Source: a virus
Taxonomy: Duplodnaviria > Heunggongvirae > Uroviricota > Caudoviricetes
DNA: 64,000 nucleotides
Virus record (IMG/VR): IMGVR_UViG_3300017917_003366
Strand: one strand, 5' to 3'
The stretch's first letter is position 1; the number at the start of each line of letters is the position of its first letter. Position numbers and translations under genes: made by a program. The notes beneath the pieces are model-generated. The model ran no database searches. It saw only the letters and a program-made list of their open reading frames with translations, and had not been told where the DNA came from. Positions 20,727 to 29,049 of this stretch are shown piece after piece.

Positions 20727-20758
20727 TTGGTATATACCAAATTATAACCTATATAGGT
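20727..20758. promoter_or_regulatory. Two adjacent perfect palindromes (TTGGTATATACCAA, ACCTATATAGGT) in the leader of the C1q fibre gene
   Basis: Read directly: 20727-20740 (14 bp) and 20747-20758 (12 bp), between the TATTTAT motif and the ATG. Confidence 0.5.
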
Positions 20759-20764
20759 CTATTA

Positions 20765-20771
20765 ATAAATA
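20765..20771 (-). promoter_or_regulatory. TATTTAT putative late promoter
   Basis: Directly after the terminator, before the C1q fibre gene. Confidence 0.6.
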
Positions 20772-20786
20772 CTTCTTTGGGTAAAT

Positions 20787-20812
20787 AAAAAAACCCCGAT
20801 TTCTCGGGGTTT
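20787..20812 (-). terminator. Rho-independent terminator
   Basis: AAACCCCGA-GAAA-TCGGGGTTT stem followed by a T run on the minus strand, just after the 20834..22816 stop. Confidence 0.88.
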
Positions 20813-20833
20813 CTATGTTTGTGTTTGGTTAAG

Positions 20834-22816
20834 TTAGTATGTACCTCCGTCAATTACTGTAGAAAATACCAAACCACCGTTTGAATTCTTATAACCTAAG
20901 ATACCATCCATAACATCGGTTGTCTCTGTTGTTGAAACGTAACCAACAACGTTGGTATTATTTCTAAACATGATTGCCGATGTTTTTGAGTTACTATCAG
21001 CACCTCCGGCAGAACTTAATGTTACGTTACCCGCAATTAAAGTTGCTCCGTCTGAAGATGCCACAGTAAATTTATTTGTATTGTAAGCAAGTACCGTACC
21101 ACTGTCAGATAATAAACTATCTCCGATTGTACTTGCACCTGTTGCTTTTGGAATTCTATTTGTTGTTAAACTTATTTCAGAACCGTAAGTCCCTGCAGTT
21201 GTACCAATCAATTTACTTGATTGTCCACTTGATGAAACAAACATCCAATAATCACTTAGAGAATCCCATACAAGTGAAGCCGAAACTCCTGAAGAACCTG
21301 AATCCATAACTTCGAATCCCGCATATCTTTCAAATGGAGAGTAAGCGTTTAATCTGATAATATTATCATCAAGTTCAACAACTGAAGATGAGATATGTAC
21401 TTGAGTTGCACTACCCAATAAATTTAAATTACCACTAATATTAACGTCACCACTGAAACCTGTGTTTCCTGTGATTGTCATTGTACCACCTGTAATGTTG
21501 GTAGATACTAAATTAATAGTGGTTGCACTTGTTGATATGAATGAAGAGTTTGAACCTAAATCAACTGTAGATGGTAAACTTACCGTCCATGTTCTATCTC
21601 CCGTTAAGTTTTGTGCACCACCCGTAACTGTTACTTGATTTGTTGTTCCTGTAATAGTTAAACTTCTATCGGCACGAACTGTTTGAGTTGTTCCGGTTGC
21701 TTGTGCTCCCAATACAACCTGATTAAATGTGGTTGTTGCACCTGTTCTAATATCTTGTGCTAAATCGTATTGAAGTGTATTTGTTCCGTTATTGAATGAT
21801 GTTGTCAAACCTTTAGCTGCAACACCCGCAAACGTCATTGTTTCGGTTTTAAGTGATACATCACCTGTTGTGGTGGTTGTACCGTCAGAACCTGTAATGT
21901 TTAATGTTGAAACAATTCCTGTTAATTGTGAACCATCACCAACAAATGAACCTGTAAATGATGATGCAGTAACCGCACCTGTAATATTTGCGGAACCTTG
22001 AAGTCCGAATGAACCTGTAATGTTTACATAATCAGTTGATTGGTTACCTAATGTGGTATTTCCAACAATGGTTAAATCATCACCAAAATTACTACCATTA
22101 CCTAAAGTGATTCCACCAACATATACTGACCCACTGAAATAACCATTTCTCCAAGCTTTACTTGTAGAACCTAAATCAAATGAGTTGTTTACGTCAGGAA
22201 TTATAGAAGAAGAAACCTCAGCACCGAAAGAGATATAATCAGTATCACCGTCACCAACAATGATATTACCACCTAATGTGATATTACCATCGATTACCGC
22301 ATTACCCGTTAATTTTAAGTTTGAACCTGTAATGTTACCCGTAAATTGAGAATCTCCGATAACTGTTAAGTTGTTGGCCACTCTAAGGTGAGAAGCTGAT
22401 AGTGCAGTTGTAAAGTTACCAGTACCACCTGTAATGTTTGTTACGTTAGCGTTTGTACCGGTTAAACTTGTGATTGTAACATTGGCAATGGTATTACCCT
22501 CTATGTTACCTGTTAAATCTATTTTTCTATTACCACCCGAAGCTAAGATGAATAAAGCTTCGTCAGTTGTTGAGTAAAAAGGGGTTCCGTCAACAGTTGT
22601 ACCGTATGAACCAGCACCAATTGTTGGAACGGTAGAACCTTCGTAAATTTTTGAAACGGGTTTATAACCACCAGCTATTTCGTCAGAACCAATGAAAACC
22701 CATGGACCGTTCATTGTTCCAATCGAACCGGTTGCCACGACCATTTCACCAGCTCTAGCAGTAACATCTTTAAGTTGTGTGATACTACCCCTTCTGTGCT
22801 TAATTATTTGTGCCAT
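20834..22816 (-). CDS. Long tail-fibre/virion structural protein
   Basis: MAQIIKHRRG N-terminus, G/T/S/N-rich beta-repeat shaft (ITGS, LTGN), VELDDNIIRLN domain, C-terminal IDGGTY. Confidence 0.75.
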   Translation of the reverse strand: MAQIIKHRRGSITQLKDVTARAGEMVVATGSIGTMNGPWVFIGSDEIAGGYKPVSKIYEGSTVPTIGAGSYGTTVDGTPFYSTTDEALFILASGGNRKIDLTGNIEGNTIANVTITSLTGTNANVTNITGGTGNFTTALSASHLRVANNLTVIGDSQFTGNITGSNLKLTGNAVIDGNITLGGNIIVGDGDTDYISFGAEVSSSIIPDVNNSFDLGSTSKAWRNGYFSGSVYVGGITLGNGSNFGDDLTIVGNTTLGNQSTDYVNITGSFGLQGSANITGAVTASSFTGSFVGDGSQLTGIVSTLNITGSDGTTTTTGDVSLKTETMTFAGVAAKGLTTSFNNGTNTLQYDLAQDIRTGATTTFNQVVLGAQATGTTQTVRADRSLTITGTTNQVTVTGGAQNLTGDRTWTVSLPSTVDLGSNSSFISTSATTINLVSTNITGGTMTITGNTGFSGDVNISGNLNLLGSATQVHISSSVVELDDNIIRLNAYSPFERYAGFEVMDSGSSGVSASLVWDSLSDYWMFVSSSGQSSKLIGTTAGTYGSEISLTTNRIPKATGASTIGDSLLSDSGTVLAYNTNKFTVASSDGATLIAGNVTLSSAGGADSNSKTSAIMFRNNTNVVGYVSTTETTDVMDGILGYKNSNGGLVFSTVIDGGTY

Positions 22817-22842
22817 GTTTGTCTATAATTTTTCTTCTTTTA

Positions 22843-22850
22843 TATAAATA
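22843..22850 (-). promoter_or_regulatory. TATTTATA putative late promoter
   Basis: Intergenic, before 22816. Confidence 0.6.
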
Positions 22851-22863
22851 CTTAATTTTTCTT

Positions 22864-23544
22864 TTAAAAGAACCCTCCCAGGTCGATTTCAGCATTTGCT
22901 GTGGGACTTGAGAATGTTCCTAATCCGGAGATGTTCAATGATGCGGAAATTATTTGTGAATTAATTAAGTTTTCAACGATTTTCATTGCCCCTGAAACAA
23001 TTAACGTTTCGGAATTGGGGTCATTTTTCTGTACCAAGATGGTTTTACCCTCAACAATTAAATCTCCTTTGATTGTTGTTGCTCCACTGATGGTAATCAT
23101 TGTACCATCGTCAATAACTCTTGAATCTACAAGGGTACCATTTGCATGAACTTTTTGTAGCACATTTTCATGACCTAATCCACCAATAAGGATAGCTTGT
23201 TCAGAACCCGAAGGACCCCCTATCCACCTGTCATTTAGAGAATCCCATAATAAACTCCCCGAAACCATGTTTGGGGATGTGGGGTCTTTTACTAATAAAC
23301 CACCAAATGCCTCTGCGGTACCATTTAATTCAATGATGTTATCACCAAGACTAATTGTTGTTGACTCTACTATTGTTGTTGTCCCTCTAACCGTAAGATT
23401 ACCACCGATATCCAATGAACCGGAGATATCCATATCTCTAACATAAATCCCCTCTAACGGTAATATATCACTACCCAAAACGACCGTGGTTCCCGAAGGT
23501 GGAACAGTCTCAATTTGGGTCCAATTAATCTTTTGTAATGCCAT
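22864..23544 (-). CDS. Virion structural protein paralogous to part of 20834..22816
   Basis: ISLGDNIIELN...LLWDSLNDRW aligns by eye with VELDDNIIRLN...LVWDSLSDYW; C-terminal IDLGGFF. Confidence 0.72.
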   Translation of the reverse strand: MALQKINWTQIETVPPSGTTVVLGSDILPLEGIYVRDMDISGSLDIGGNLTVRGTTTIVESTTISLGDNIIELNGTAEAFGGLLVKDPTSPNMVSGSLLWDSLNDRWIGGPSGSEQAILIGGLGHENVLQKVHANGTLVDSRVIDDGTMITISGATTIKGDLIVEGKTILVQKNDPNSETLIVSGAMKIVENLINSQIISASLNISGLGTFSSPTANAEIDLGGFF

Positions 23545-23564
23545 GTAAAAGTAAAGTCTTTTAC

Positions 23565-23571
23565 ATAAATA
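23565..23571 (-). promoter_or_regulatory. TATTTAT putative late promoter
   Basis: After the terminator, before 23544. Confidence 0.6.
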
Positions 23572-23591
23572 TTTTATATTGGCTTATATGC

Positions 23592-23621
23592 AAAAAAAAA
23601 GAGGAATTTAATCCTCTTTTT
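23592..23621 (-). terminator. Rho-independent terminator ending the MTase-AAA-trx-grx operon
   Basis: 10-bp stem AAAAAGAGGA/TCCTCTTTTT, 6-nt loop, T run on the minus strand; overlaps the glutaredoxin stop. Confidence 0.8.
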
Positions 23622-23898
23622 CTTCTGTGATGTATTTTTTTATGATTCCCATCGCCTCTTCTTCACCGTTAAAGTCCCTCGTCGGACAAAAAACAGGTCC
23701 CGTATTGGACCCTTCCTGTCTTATGAAAAAGGTAGGTAGGTAATCCAATTTCGTTTGTTCGAGTACTTGGTCCCACAATTTCTTGTTTGAGTTAACCTCG
23801 TATTCGGTGAATGGAATCGATTCATTACCGAGTCTTGTCTTTAAACTTTTACAAGCCCCACACCCATTTAAGGTGAATAGAATTAATTTGTTAGCCAT
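23608..23898 (-). CDS. Glutaredoxin/NrdH-like protein
   Basis: FTLNGCGACKSLK (CxxC), LPTFFI (cis-Pro), 96 aa. Confidence 0.85.
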   Translation of the reverse strand: MANKLILFTLNGCGACKSLKTRLGNESIPFTEYEVNSNKKLWDQVLEQTKLDYLPTFFIRQEGSNTGPVFCPTRDFNGEEEAMGIIKKYITEEKED

Positions 23899-24202
23899 TT
23901 AATTGAGTTAAATATCTTTTATAAAAATCGTCAGATTGGGCACCTGCGGATTGTCCTATTAGTGATGACCCTTCAAAGAACATTACAGTTGGTACAGAAC
24001 GGATACCCATGTCCATAGAGAACTCTCTGTTATGGTCAACATTTAATTTAACAAATTTGACATCAGGGTACTCTGTTTCCATTCTTTCTAATCTTGGTAT
24101 TAGCATCTTACAGGGTCCACACCAATCTGCGTAAAAATCCACTAATAATTTTTCTCCGTGGAGTTTCATTTGTTCTAATTCTTCACTTGTTACGTTTTGC
24201 AT
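23891..24202 (-). CDS. trxA: Thioredoxin
   Basis: LVDFYADWCGPCK, IRSVPT motifs, 103 aa. Confidence 0.95.
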   Translation of the reverse strand: MQNVTSEELEQMKLHGEKLLVDFYADWCGPCKMLIPRLERMETEYPDVKFVKLNVDHNREFSMDMGIRSVPTVMFFEGSSLIGQSAGAQSDDFYKRYLTQLNG

Positions 24203-24206
24203 TTTT

Positions 24207-25283
24207 TTAATTATTAAATCCTATTGTTGTTTTATTCTCACTCTTATAGATTTCTTCATCTATATTGTAAATATCCGCCAAACACATTCCTTTGTCAACC
24301 CTTTTTTCGTTTCCAAGGTAATTTAATAGGTTATTTGTTTCATCAACATTTAATTTCTCAAACTTGTGTTCAACAATTAAACGACCCTTACGAAGTAACG
24401 CTTGGTCGATTTTTTCTCGTTTCATGTTGAATGTTGCGATTATTTGAATACCCAAACAATCTCCGAGAATCCCATCAGTTAGGTTCAAAATATTTGAAAC
24501 TCCAACAGATGAACCGTTACCCTCTCTATCCGCAATTACCCTTTCAGCATCCTCCACAATCAAAATAGAATTTTTATGTTCCATTAGGAAAGGAATGATT
24601 GACGGTTCGGATAATGATTCTGCCATTGCCGGTGGAATAAAAAGAATCTCCTTGTCGTTTATCAAACGAGTAAGGTATTTGATGTACGATGTTTTTCCTG
24701 TGCCAGGGTCACCATGAAAAAGAATAATACCCTTATCATTTGGTTTATTCAATCGTTGGATAATGACATCGTGGATTTTTAAGAACTTCTCACCATAGTT
24801 TAATTTTAAATCGATATCAGGAACATTCATTTCATACTCTTCAGTATCTAAATGTCCCATATCGGATTTAACTAAGTTGATTCCTGTCTTTTTTATTTCA
24901 ATTTCAAAATTGTGTAATTCGTATTTTTCAAAATATTCACTTGATGACAAATACAAAGAATTATAATAAAGTACCACATCATAATAAATTCCATGTGTTT
25001 TATCTATGGTACTTTTTAGTACGATAATCACCTCATTTTGTTTATCGACCAACATATGTGTGTTTGTTGGTTTATCGTAACGTCTGCCGGTGATTATTAA
25101 TTCACAATCATTCGTAAAACCAAAACCTAAAAGGTGTCTAAAAACATCTGATTTGTAATTCTTTTTTGAATTTATCATCTTTGATGGTAACGTATCAAAT
25201 AAATGAATAAAGTATTGTTCCACCGGTAGCTCGTTCCCATAACCTATCTCGTGTAGTGGATATTTTTCAGGTAATCTCTTCAT
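24207..25283 (-). CDS. AAA+ ATPase
   Basis: Walker A GDPGTGKT, Walker B LIVEDAE, ATFN sensor, DQALLRKGRL arginine finger. Confidence 0.92.
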   Translation of the reverse strand: MKRLPEKYPLHEIGYGNELPVEQYFIHLFDTLPSKMINSKKNYKSDVFRHLLGFGFTNDCELIITGRRYDKPTNTHMLVDKQNEVIIVLKSTIDKTHGIYYDVVLYYNSLYLSSSEYFEKYELHNFEIEIKKTGINLVKSDMGHLDTEEYEMNVPDIDLKLNYGEKFLKIHDVIIQRLNKPNDKGIILFHGDPGTGKTSYIKYLTRLINDKEILFIPPAMAESLSEPSIIPFLMEHKNSILIVEDAERVIADREGNGSSVGVSNILNLTDGILGDCLGIQIIATFNMKREKIDQALLRKGRLIVEHKFEKLNVDETNNLLNYLGNEKRVDKGMCLADIYNIDEEIYKSENKTTIGFNN

Positions 25284-25286
25284 CTT

Positions 25287-25580
25287 CTATTTTAAATAAA
25301 AATTTATATGTTTCGGAATGTACTCATAGATTGATGTATCTTCCATTTCCTCTTCTTCTGCTTGCTTAAACGCCCTCAATGTAATTCGTATCAATTCGAA
25401 CTGTTCCTTGGTTAGTTGTGGTTCTCCCCTCTTTTCGTAGTTCACCGACGCAACATCGATAACTAACTCATAAAACGATTCTTCACTATTGTCACCAATA
25501 AAATACTCCTTCGCTTCTGAATTTTTATCAAGATACGTTTTTACTGTTTGTATGTAAACCAGAACATCAGGATGAGCCAT
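25287..25580 (-). CDS. Hypothetical protein (97 aa)
   Basis: ORF in tight operon with its neighbours. Confidence 0.7.
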   Translation of the reverse strand: MAHPDVLVYIQTVKTYLDKNSEAKEYFIGDNSEESFYELVIDVASVNYEKRGEPQLTKEQFELIRITLRAFKQAEEEEMEDTSIYEYIPKHINFYLK

Positions 25581-25582
25581 TA

Positions 25583-26470
25583 TTAGTAATTCATAATTAA
25601 TAATTCAATTCCCTCATTTTGTGTACCGTCTTTTTTAGAACCTGCAGCTTTTTTAAATGTTTGGGATTCCCATCTGAAACCTTTTGCGAATAGTGACAAT
25701 TGACCATTCTCATCTACCCCATTTCCATATCTTGGGAACCACTCATTTAATTGTGGGAATTCATAATATGATAAGCTAAATTTACCTTGAGCGGCTTTCA
25801 ATGTATCTGCCAATCTCTTGTGGTCATCAGCATCAAAGTCATGATTGGAATAATAGTTCTCGGTTTTCCAATATGGGGGGTCCATATAGAAATATGTTGT
25901 TGGTGAATCATATTTCTCAACTACTTGTTGGAAATCCATATTCTCAACGAAAGTTATTTTATCAAGGTGTGCTCGGTACTCAGGGTGTTTTAATTTATCC
26001 ATGAAAATTAAAACTTTACAACGATATTTTCCCTTGTAATCGGTGTAATTTGATGATTCGGGTTTTGAACCTGAGAATACTTGTGTCAACACATAAACAT
26101 ACTTTGCGGCAGCTTCGAAATCGGGTTCATCACCAATCACAAAATCGGGGGCAAACACCTCTTTTTGATATTCTTTGAACATTTGTTCATACTCAGGTGG
26201 TGTATTCTCAACCCCCAATTGTTGGCAAGGGTATTTTGCCAATTCTTCCCACAATCTATCATAATGTTTGGAGCAACGAAACAGGTTTGTGTTCAGTTTG
26301 TTAAAATCATTATAAACAACTGTTTTAAGGTTAGGATACTCTTTGAGGTCCATATTGAAGAATACCCAAAACATACCTGAGAACCCTTCTACATAAGTTT
26401 CTATGTCCTTTGGTATAAACGGGACAATCCATTTTCCTATTCGTGCCTTACCACCAATATATGATATCAT
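25583..26470 (-). CDS. DNA adenine methyltransferase, D12/Dam class
   Basis: SYIGGKA motif X, YVEGFSG motif I, VYNDFN motif II, YMDPPY catalytic motif IV. Confidence 0.92.
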   Translation of the reverse strand: MISYIGGKARIGKWIVPFIPKDIETYVEGFSGMFWVFFNMDLKEYPNLKTVVYNDFNKLNTNLFRCSKHYDRLWEELAKYPCQQLGVENTPPEYEQMFKEYQKEVFAPDFVIGDEPDFEAAAKYVYVLTQVFSGSKPESSNYTDYKGKYRCKVLIFMDKLKHPEYRAHLDKITFVENMDFQQVVEKYDSPTTYFYMDPPYWKTENYYSNHDFDADDHKRLADTLKAAQGKFSLSYYEFPQLNEWFPRYGNGVDENGQLSLFAKGFRWESQTFKKAAGSKKDGTQNEGIELLIMNY

Positions 26471-26509
26471 ATTTAATAAGCTTTCTTAAATGTTATGTTG
26501 ATACATTTA

Positions 26510-26587
26510 AAAATATAAGTAAAAAAAACCGAAAAAAGAAGGGGGGAGGAAACTTCTTTACAAAGAATTATTTATTTCGTATATTGT
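26510..26587. promoter_or_regulatory. Divergent Bacteroidota-type promoters
   Basis: Minus: TATATTTT at 26517-26510 before the MTase. Plus: TTTA(26557-60)-N19-TATATTGT(26580-87) before 26594. Confidence 0.6.
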
Positions 26588-26593
26588 ACTATT

Positions 26594-26746
26594 ATGGGAT
26601 GTTCAGAATGTAAAAAGAAACAATCAATCAAGGAAGATATGCTTGACAACGTGAAGTTTGTAAGCAATACGGTTGTTTGGTTTGTGGTTGTATGGAGTGG
26701 GTTTGCCATCTACGGCATTTACACTCTCATCAGTAAGTTATTATGA
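26594..26746 (+). CDS. Small membrane protein (50 aa, MGCSECKKK... with one TM segment)
   Basis: Own translation; CxxC N-terminus, hydrophobic VVWFVVVWSGFAIYGIYTLI; ATGA overlap with the next gene. Below the ORF-track cutoff. Confidence 0.7.
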   Translation: MGCSECKKKQSIKEDMLDNVKFVSNTVVWFVVVWSGFAIYGIYTLISKLL

Positions 26747-27381
26747 AAAATGGAAAGTATTTCATAGTTCTTTTTTGTAACAAAAAAAAGATAAAAATGT
26801 TATATCGTTGCCAAAAACTGACGACGATATACGAACATTGGCGCGAGTACAAAACCCAACGAAAACCTCGTTTCTTAAAAATCCAAGGGGGTAAGAGGAA
26901 ACAGGAGTTGGTGTATGAACTTGCATTAATCTTTCCTAACAATAGATGGTCAAACAAAACGTTTGTTCGAGATAGTTTGGGTAGAACTATTGAAGCAAAA
27001 ATGGAAGATGATAAATTACGTATAAAGGAAATAATTCCATATTGGAAAGAAGAATTAATATACGACTTCCAAAAGAAAGAACATGTCAGATATCATATTA
27101 TGTTAGAGGACATAATGGGTATTAATGACATTGGTCAGATTTTTACACTGAACAATAAATTATTTGTCCAAAATGAAAATGACATCCGGTTGTATGGTAA
27201 CAAGAACATAAAGGATGCCGAAAGATTATTTGATTTGGTTAGAGAAGACCTTCTAAAAAAGAAAAAGAGTAACTTCATCTTTGTTAAGGATGTTACCACC
27301 GCACAAAGGAAATTACTCTACACTCTATTGGAGTCAAAAGGTTTTAAGAGGACTGAACTTTTCCGTCACTATTCTTATTAA
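26743..27381 (+). CDS. Hypothetical basic protein (212 aa)
   Basis: Only long plus-strand ORF; coupled to 26594..26746. Confidence 0.75.
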   Translation: MKNGKYFIVLFCNKKKIKMLYRCQKLTTIYEHWREYKTQRKPRFLKIQGGKRKQELVYELALIFPNNRWSNKTFVRDSLGRTIEAKMEDDKLRIKEIIPYWKEELIYDFQKKEHVRYHIMLEDIMGINDIGQIFTLNNKLFVQNENDIRLYGNKNIKDAERLFDLVREDLLKKKKSNFIFVKDVTTAQRKLLYTLLESKGFKRTELFRHYSY

Positions 27382-27601
27382 AAACAATATCTACATCACC
27401 CATCTTTATTGTAAATGTTTTACCGGCAGAATTTGTTTTCTTATTCTGTTTTTTACAGATGTAATCGTAAACTTTGTAGTATTCTAATTCGGGGACTTCA
27501 AGCACAACGGTACTTGAATCTGTTTTAAGATTCAATTTTTCAACTAAGTCACAAATAATTGCCAATTGATTTAGTAAATCACCCTTTTTTTCCATAACCA
27601 A
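27344..27601 (-). CDS. Hypothetical protein (85 aa)
   Basis: ORF in minus-strand operon; 3' end overlaps the plus-strand gene. Confidence 0.65.
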   Translation of the reverse strand: MVMEKKGDLLNQLAIICDLVEKLNLKTDSSTVVLEVPELEYYKVYDYICKKQNKKTNSAGKTFTIKMGDVDIVFNKNSDGKVQSS

Positions 27602-27797
27602 ATATCTTCAGTATCTTTTTAAATATACTGGTCTTTTCCTTTTCAGGGACTTTAAACATTTCACTTTTATCGAGCTGTTTGATTTCGTCAATCATCTTCC
27701 TCTTGTGATTCAATATCTCCATCTTGTCCTTCTCCGTCTCCTTCTTCAACCAGTTTAATCCCTGTTGGAGTTTCTTGTTCTGATTTTGCATTTTCAA
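27579..27797 (-). CDS. Hypothetical protein (72 aa), overlapping upstream gene
   Basis: Needed to fill 27602-27687; amphipathic C-terminus SIFKKILKIFG. Confidence 0.55.
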   Translation of the reverse strand: MKMQNQNKKLQQGLNWLKKETEKDKMEILNHKRKMIDEIKQLDKSEMFKVPEKEKTSIFKKILKIFGYGKKG

Positions 27798-28149
27798 TAA
27801 AACTTAGGTCTTTTAATTTGTCCAAAGATTCATGTTGGAAAAGAATTTGTAGTTCTTTAATTTTTGCTTGTAACAATCTTTCCTTCTCTTCCATTTCTTT
27901 ATTGGTATCAATGATGTCTCTTGCACATGTAAATGCGGTTTCATAACCGTTGTATGTTGCTTGGGCAATTATCGATAACAATGTGAATTTTTCATTCTTA
28001 TCTTGTACTTTAAATTTAACTGATTTGTATGGAGCCACGATTTGTTCGAACTTCCATGTAATTGGTAACTTAATGTCCAAGCTTACATTACTGTCGATTT
28101 CTCTAAGTGAGAAAAAATATGGTCTCAAATATTTTATAGATTCAAACAC
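27688..28149 (-). CDS. Hypothetical protein (153 aa)
   Basis: Long ORF with coiled-coil and acidic tail; GTG start. Confidence 0.7.
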   Translation of the reverse strand: MFESIKYLRPYFFSLREIDSNVSLDIKLPITWKFEQIVAPYKSVKFKVQDKNEKFTLLSIIAQATYNGYETAFTCARDIIDTNKEMEEKERLLQAKIKELQILFQHESLDKLKDLSFIENAKSEQETPTGIKLVEEGDGEGQDGDIESQEEDD

Positions 28150-28153
28150 GTTC

Positions 28154-28333
28154 TTAAATTATTATATATGTTATGATGTATGATAGTGCAAGATAAATGA
28201 AGACCTCCTTCACGGAATTCACCTCCATTGGTTGTGGTTCTTCCTGAAATAGTTTTATTATGAATTCAAAAACAAATCTTAAAGTGAAAACTAATGACAG
28301 GATGAACAAAAAAAGTTTAATTTGTTCAATCAT
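28154..28333 (-). CDS. Small two-TM membrane protein (59 aa)
   Basis: Own translation MIEQIKLFLFILSLVFTLRFVFEFIIKLF...VFIYLALSYIITYIII; fills the gap exactly. Confidence 0.7.
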   Translation of the reverse strand: MIEQIKLFLFILSLVFTLRFVFEFIIKLFQEEPQPMEVNSVKEVFIYLALSYIITYIII

Positions 28334-28505
28334 GACGTTTTATCTCCTCCAATATTTCTTTTCTGTAGTTAGCGATGAGTGTTTTAATTTCTTGTGCGTA
28401 CTTTCTAGCACGGATTGAAGCACTCCTATTCCCTTTTTCATACACTTTAGTGGTATCGACAGACATTTTCTCCACCAAGTCTTTTATTTTCTTTAGTGTT
28501 TCCAT
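28326..28505 (-). CDS. Histone H1-like (Hc1/HctA family) small protein (59 aa)
   Basis: Own translation METLKKIKDLVEKMSVDTTKVYEKGNRSASIRARKYAQEIKTLIANYRKEILEEIKRHD; the EKGN.SA..RARK...E.K....YRKE pattern matches the Hc1 core. Confidence 0.75.
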   Translation of the reverse strand: METLKKIKDLVEKMSVDTTKVYEKGNRSASIRARKYAQEIKTLIANYRKEILEEIKRHD

Positions 28506-28543
28506 AATTATTCCGTTTTTATTATCAATATACGGAAAAAAAT

Positions 28544-29011
28544 CTATTTTTTCAAGTTTTGTTCTAATAATTTATAAACCTCGGTTAACATGTCAAGTTC
28601 TGACCTTGACTTCTTGTGTTTAAAATCGAATAGTTTATAGAAGTATTCCCCAATCCTCGGGTTTCCCTCATCCATTTTAACACTATAGTATGCCTCATGG
28701 AAGAAGTTCCAAAAATACTCGTAGTGAGCACCTTTTTCTTTAAAATGAATTTTTTCTTTGGAGAAATTGGACAGGATTCTGTCCCAACACCAATTAAAAT
28801 GATTGTGTTGGTCTGATTCTTTATGGAGAACATCAATACCTAAAAAGGTACTGTCCACCAATTCATACAATGATGATAGAAAGTCGTAGAAAAGTTCAAT
28901 CTTTTCACGATGTATATTGTATGCTCTATACCAAACGTCGATTTGATGTCTATATTTTTCTGTGGCTTGCGACTCCATATATTCTTCTCTCTTTTCCATA
29001 TTCCTTATCAT
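28544..29011 (-). CDS. Hypothetical protein; true start probably 28999 (MEKREE)
   Basis: Aromatic-rich 155-aa ORF; the promoter -7 box ends 2 nt before the first ATG, which favours the second. Confidence 0.75.
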   Translation of the reverse strand: MIRNMEKREEYMESQATEKYRHQIDVWYRAYNIHREKIELFYDFLSSLYELVDSTFLGIDVLHKESDQHNHFNWCWDRILSNFSKEKIHFKEKGAHYEYFWNFFHEAYYSVKMDEGNPRIGEYFYKLFDFKHKKSRSELDMLTEVYKLLEQNLKK

Positions 29012-29013
29012 AT

Positions 29014-29041
29014 CAAAAATATAAGGAAAGAAAAGGACAAA
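29014..29041 (-). promoter_or_regulatory. Bacteroidota-type promoter
   Basis: TTTG(29041-38)-N16-TATTTTTG(29021-14); perfect TAnnTTTG, short spacer. Confidence 0.55.
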
Positions 29042-29049
29042 AAGAAGAA

